Position numbers and translations under genes: made by a program. This document shows, piece after piece, positions 59,321-64,000 of a stretch of DNA of 64,000 nt. Every line of letters starts with the position of its first letter. Position 1 is the first letter of the stretch. The notes beneath the pieces were generated by a model. The model was not told the origin of the DNA, searched no databases, and saw only the letters and a list, made by a program, of their open reading frames with translations. Location of the stretch: NCBI GenBank assembly GCA_013115145.1, contig JAAPAO010000038.1, positions 47,738-111,737 of the forward strand, given 5' to 3'. The stretch comes from Perkinsus chesapeaki ATCC PRA-425. Lineage: Eukaryota > Protista > Perkinsozoa.

Positions 59321-61037
59321 GCCAGATTAACCGTGTAATTGTGATTTCGTAATTACTGTGAGGGTCTGTGTTGATGCAGTTGGGGCGAGACTGCCTCGGT
59401 TTGCCGAGAAATAATTAGGTATAAACTAAATGCAGCATTATTATTAAGTTAAAATGGAGGTCCCCAAGAGAACACTTAATCATCTGTTTGACTAAGTTAA
59501 CTGACAGTAATGTGTAACGCCTACTTGCCACGGTGGGCCGGGTCAACACCAACTACTCCGCCATACTCCACCAACTTGTGCGTTTGTGGAGTACGTGCAC
59601 AAAGCCGCAACTCGTTCCAAGATATAGGTGCTTAGACGTTTGAAGTGCAATACTCAAGGTGTCTCCAGCTCCTATGGTTTTTCGTTATATACTGAAGAAC
59701 ACGGAGAATGATATCAGCCTTTTTAACGCCAACTTTGAGCTGGAGCATGTGCCATCGTTGCCGCGTTAATATTTAGCGACAAAGCTGCGGTGAACGATTA
59801 TCCAAGGAAGGCCCCGGCAATGATGATTGAACGATATCTTTTTTGGGCTTGCAAACAGCCCCTCCTGGAGGGATGCGATCGCCTAATTTGCTGTAGCCAA
59901 ACCCCTTGGATGTGGGCGCGTATAGTCGCGCAAGAAGCCCATTCACTGAAAGACTGCGAGTGTTGTAGCACACTTTTGCCGATATGGTCCTTCTCTACGA
60001 AGCCCCACAAACTCAAGCTCGAACGTCTCGTCAACAACCATTCTGTTATCACCAAAGTGGTAATTATATGTCGTTCTACGTTAATGCTGTAGTTATGGCA
60101 AGATGTGACGCTACTTTAGCTCCCAACTGTCACGCACGAAAGTTCGTAGATTGTTATAGATATATATTATTTATCACTTAAAAGACTTCTCGAGGCCAGA
60201 ATAGATCAATCATCGATAACAGCAGTCATCACTTAATCGCTAAATAGGCGAAAACTTAAAGGATGAGTTTAAGAGTGCCTCCCAAAGTACCCTTACTTTT
60301 TCAAGGGTGATGGACCAACGGCGAAGCCGATGCGACGCGGCGCACAACTCCTTCTACGCTTCTGCAGAATAACCTCCTCGAATCAGGGTAACCAACGAGT
60401 CAGATGACGAGGCTTCCCGTGAGTCAAGCTACGATGCAAGTAAAGAAATACTATCTGTCAAATGGCGAGGCTAATAGTAGAATCGACGTACACCGAACTG
60501 TGAACCAACAACATGTGACGCAGCGTCGTCAAGATCATGTGCTGGCCATCGTGATATTTCTGCTGAACTGCCTATTGTTTCAAACTGGTAGATCCGTGCC
60601 ACTACCATGAGCCCAGAGTCTTTCTAAAAGGCTTAGCTTCAAGCACTCCAGAATCTAAAATGTTGTTTTATCTGAAGATAAGATTACACATCAATATCCA
60701 CATACAGCTACAGAGCTAAGCCCAGAGTATTGGAGGTATCCGGGAAAACTCCCGTCCTTGGACCGAGACCCTCGGATCCTTTAAACATTTCATAAGCTCA
60801 ATCAGCGAGGAAGCCAGTTGTTGGAGTGACGGGTGCGACACTTGCAGAGCTGAGTAGAGTTGAGTAGATTGATGAGAAAAATGTATCCTTCAGAAGAACC
60901 ATTCACTTAGCAGTACGTATTTTACGCATACCATAGCTGGAAATGCAATGAGCTTAGGTCAACAAACAACTGTGCGGTTACAGAGCTCCGCCGTTCCTCT
61001 TGCTCAGACTTTAACGCAGCTTTTGCGCTATCAGTAA

Positions 61038-61986
61038 ATGAAGATGATATCTCGTATATGCCTTTCATACTCTACTGGTCTGCTGGTGCTTCTCTGCCAG
61101 ATGTCTGCAAGCATGTCACAGAGCCGCTACCCCATGTGCTGGTTCTATTATCGACGACGGTGAAGGAGCTGGAGTGAGGCATCCTGTTGGTGACCTGATC
61201 GTGACACTAAAAGCCCACAATGCTTCGAATGTAGATGTCAAAGTTCAAAGCACAAGAAGAGACAGAATCTCCAACTACAAGGATATCTCTATCAGCTCGA
61301 TCAGGGGGAAAATACCGAGCACATCTGTTTTTAGAAGCGGTGACGATCCGAACGGCGGAAGCCGTTTATTTCTAGTATCATCATTATGGGTTATTGAGAA
61401 TGCTACGGCGCCTGGTCGATATTTCCTCGATGATATTACTAACGAGTATGGTTGGGGTTTAGGAGACCGCCTGGGTGCCTTCATGTATAACAAGTACCAA
61501 AATGAGCTCTACGCGCCCTATAACGACTCGATGATGATCCTCCATCCTATCAGTTGCTTTGGATTCCTTCCCAGCTCAGGTTTCGTATATCTCACTAAAA
61601 AGTATACTGGTAGCCAAGTATTCAGAGCCTCTATCAATATAACTACCCCGACTACTCTAACACTGGTTGTGAGCACCATGAAGCCTGAGGTGTATAACAG
61701 ATACAAAGACGTGGTGTTCGATTGGGCTCCTGGGAGCAGACTGTCAAAGACCTCAGAGGGACCTTCTGGTATATACTACGATTATCGTATCCGCGTGGGT
61801 AATGATACACTGTCCGGTCTCGAGAGACTGTTTAACTGGACGCTCCCCAGAGATGATTATCAGTTCTTTCATAATAGCTCTCGCCAAGAAATTTACACTT
61901 ATTACTCTGGGGAAACTGTGACACTTGTTGCCCATAAGTGCAAGAATCTTGCATGGGACAAATGTGTCTTCGAGAACCCCGAGTAG
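61038..61986 (+). CDS. Intronless putative secreted glycoprotein, with an apparent 1-nt frameshift after the signal peptide
   Basis: MKMISRICLSYSTGLLVLLCQMSASMS (ATG 61038) joins the 270-aa ORF only by a shift at TACCCCA (61128-61134). The ORF has several NxS/T sequons. Confidence 0.55.
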
Positions 61987-63308
61987 GGTGTGGTGAAAGG
62001 CGGGAGACTTCGCTTATAGCGTAAGTCAGATATCGAGCTACACTGTGAGCTATTTTTTCACCGCGGACGTAGTAAAGTCCGAGACAAACTATTCCACGCT
62101 TTACTTTTTCCGATTACTCATACATTTTCCTTGTCGTTGTTCAGCGGGATGTATTTCATATGGTATGCGTTACGACATTGTTGTACAGAGTAGATCATTA
62201 TTAAAGCGAGCAGAGGTCATTCGTAGAAGGTCGTGCCTGTCAATCACAGGCAATCCCTGAGCAAACCACAAACTCATCCTAGTCGTCGACTAGTAGTCGA
62301 CACTGTTACTACATTCCAGGCACTTCTTTATGAGTCCAATGAGGGTTCGGGACATGACGTTTATTTGGCTATGACCATCATCACACCTCGAATTGGTATA
62401 TAATAGTTTTGTACCCGTTAAACAACGGTGATATCTTTTGATGTTTCCAGGAAAAGCGGAAGCTGCAGGCAAATCTCAGGACAGAACGAGAGCTGTGAAC
62501 TGCCAGCTGTTGTAGTGTCTGAAGCGGCAAGTCCGTGCCGATATCGTATGCGGATACGAGTAGTACGTTCAACGAATGATCAACAAACACTGAATAACTT
62601 TTTTAAACGCAAGAAAAAAAAAGAAGGATCGGCATTAATAGGCTACCCTTCATGAACTACGGTCTTTTCCCAGCTCTTCCATGATGGAAGTGCTGTCTAT
62701 AATGGAAGTTCTATTATTACTGTTCCAGTAAAAGTTAAATCTCACGTATCGATTATGACTATGAATGCTACATGGTATAAACTATGCTGCTCGGAATTTC
62801 CTAGTCGGGAAGCTATCCTCAAGCGCTTCCGACCACTTCAAGTATCGGCAGAACATTTGCCCCTGCTGGAAAGGCTACTCTGGAAAGCATACTTCCAAAG
62901 GACGCAATAGAGCCTATCAAATGCCGAGCTCGGCAATGCCAAGTTGGCTTCTCAAAGGGGCAAAGAACGAAAAGCGTTACAGAATGGTTTCGTAGACGCC
63001 AACGCCAGATTGCATCACGGGCCAATTCTAAATCATAGTTCATGGTCAGCTGCTTCACACAGATGCTGTCGACGACTATTGAGAGTTCTGGAAGGTTGTG
63101 TAGCTCCATGAGTAATCACTGATCTACTGTTAGTGGGCAAACTGGGTAGTTGCGGAGGGAGCGGTTATCCCTGATTGTGCCGAGTAGACAATGATGTCAC
63201 AAAGCTAATAATGTTGTCACAAAGCCTTGTACCCCTAAGCCTATTCACAGTAGCAGAACTTTTTTGGGTATTTGTTTATATTTCCTAATAGTCCAAGTTG
63301 AGTTAATC

Positions 63309-63749
63309 ATGGCGACACCTGTACGTGCCCAGACAGAGCCCCCTGGAACTCCGTTACCGGTTTTTGATAACGTTGAGACGGTGCTCGCTGAGATACGAAA
63401 AACTCGTATGAAACGAGGCAGACTCCAAGGCCAACTTAACCGTTCAAGAGAACGGATTGACGTTTTGATTGTCGACGAGACCGACCCTGCGTCTTTAGAG
63501 GCTTATGAGGAGCTTGAGCGTCAAGAGCAGGACTTACAGAGACTGGTGTCCGAGGCTATCCAGAGATGTACCTATCTTGGTCGCAGAAATAATTTTTCCC
63601 CATTGTCATCTAGCGAGCGGGTAGGGCCCCACGAGCGTTCAAGTACCATTTTACTCACAGCGAAAACCCCGCCTTCCGGACCGGATCTCGATAACTGTTC
63701 ACAATATCGACCTAATTCGATTACCAATCGACTCCTCTCGTCATTCTGA
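63309..63749 (+). CDS. Hypothetical coiled-coil ORF (possibly a gag-like N-terminus of a decayed retroelement)
   Basis: It reads MATPVRAQ..LAEIRKTRMKRGRLQGQLNRSRERIDVL..YEELERQEQDLQRL and is intronless. No pol domains follow. Confidence 0.3.
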   Translation: MATPVRAQTEPPGTPLPVFDNVETVLAEIRKTRMKRGRLQGQLNRSRERIDVLIVDETDPASLEAYEELERQEQDLQRLVSEAIQRCTYLGRRNNFSPLSSSERVGPHERSSTILLTAKTPPSGPDLDNCSQYRPNSITNRLLSSF

Positions 63750-63859
63750 GTTTAATGGTGTTTGTCTCATCTCAGTTTATAGCTTCTGTGAAAAGCTATG
63801 ATCGATTTAAGATTCTGCTAGCTAATCATCATCGTATTTGTCATACTTGGATCTCAGCA

Positions 63860-63932
63860 AAGTTAATAGCTCAGTCGGTTAAGGTGCTGTGCTCAATACC
63901 CGGGTGTCGCGGGTACGAATCCCGGTAAAGGT
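63860..63932 (+). pseudogene. tRNA-derived (Ile-like) degenerate sequence or SINE head
   Basis: The sequence TAGCTCAGTCGGTTAAGGTGCTGTGCTCAATACCCGGGTGTCGCGGGTACGAATCCCG has an A-box/D-arm and a T-arm with a mutated B-box (GGTACGAATCC). There is no acceptor stem. Confidence 0.6.
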
Positions 63933-64000
63933 GCTTGAGAAAAATATGAAATTCGAGACTTGCCTGATCACAGCCAGAACTCCGAGTAGGGTAGTACAAC

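Noticed and set aside
61128-61134. Idea that the frameshift at a CCC codon reflects Perkinsus-type mitochondrial programmed frameshifting
   Set aside because: The gene is nuclear, that mechanism is known only from mitochondria, and the shift size differs. A homopolymer error or mutation is simpler.
62285-62301. 17-bp palindrome GTCGACTAGTAGTCGAC
   Set aside because: About one palindrome with 8-bp arms is expected by chance in a window of this size.
1-64000. CRISPR arrays, rRNA genes, intact tRNAs, telomeric repeats and complete transposons
   Set aside because: None were seen. The short tandem repeats lack spacers, and the DNA is eukaryotic.

Overview
This is gene-dense, intron-rich eukaryotic DNA with many 40-70 nt GT-AG introns. 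The intron style and gene families point to an alveolate, most likely a Perkinsus-like parasite (inference; no rRNA or other marker is present). Recognisable housekeeping genes are two tandem LARP4-like La-related genes, TBCA, a DHYC-variant palmitoyltransferase, a BCS1-like AAA ATPase, a GYG-filter CNBD cation channel, adrenodoxin reductase, an F-box protein, PAM16, a PSTAIRE CDK and a long helical-repeat protein with a mitochondrial-type presequence. Between them lies an apparent lineage-specific secretome. It includes a bacterial-type PI-PLC, a family of about 130-140 aa secreted proteins (one pseudogenised), three tandem mucin-like genes and a signal-peptide GNAT. The strongest novel signal is an 8-cysteine module with a conserved phase-2 intron. 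It heads all three mucin-like genes and is also fused, by a clean four-exon model, to a complete Cu/Zn superoxide dismutase. Other signals include a tRNA-Thr-derived intron in both LARP genes inside a roughly 99% identical tract. There is also a recurring fused branchpoint/acceptor-like motif (CTGACRCCTCTAGCT) ahead of several start codons, a bipartite GC/TGATCGATT motif and a 39-bp palindrome. Multi-exon gene boundaries were read by eye and are approximate unless stated.
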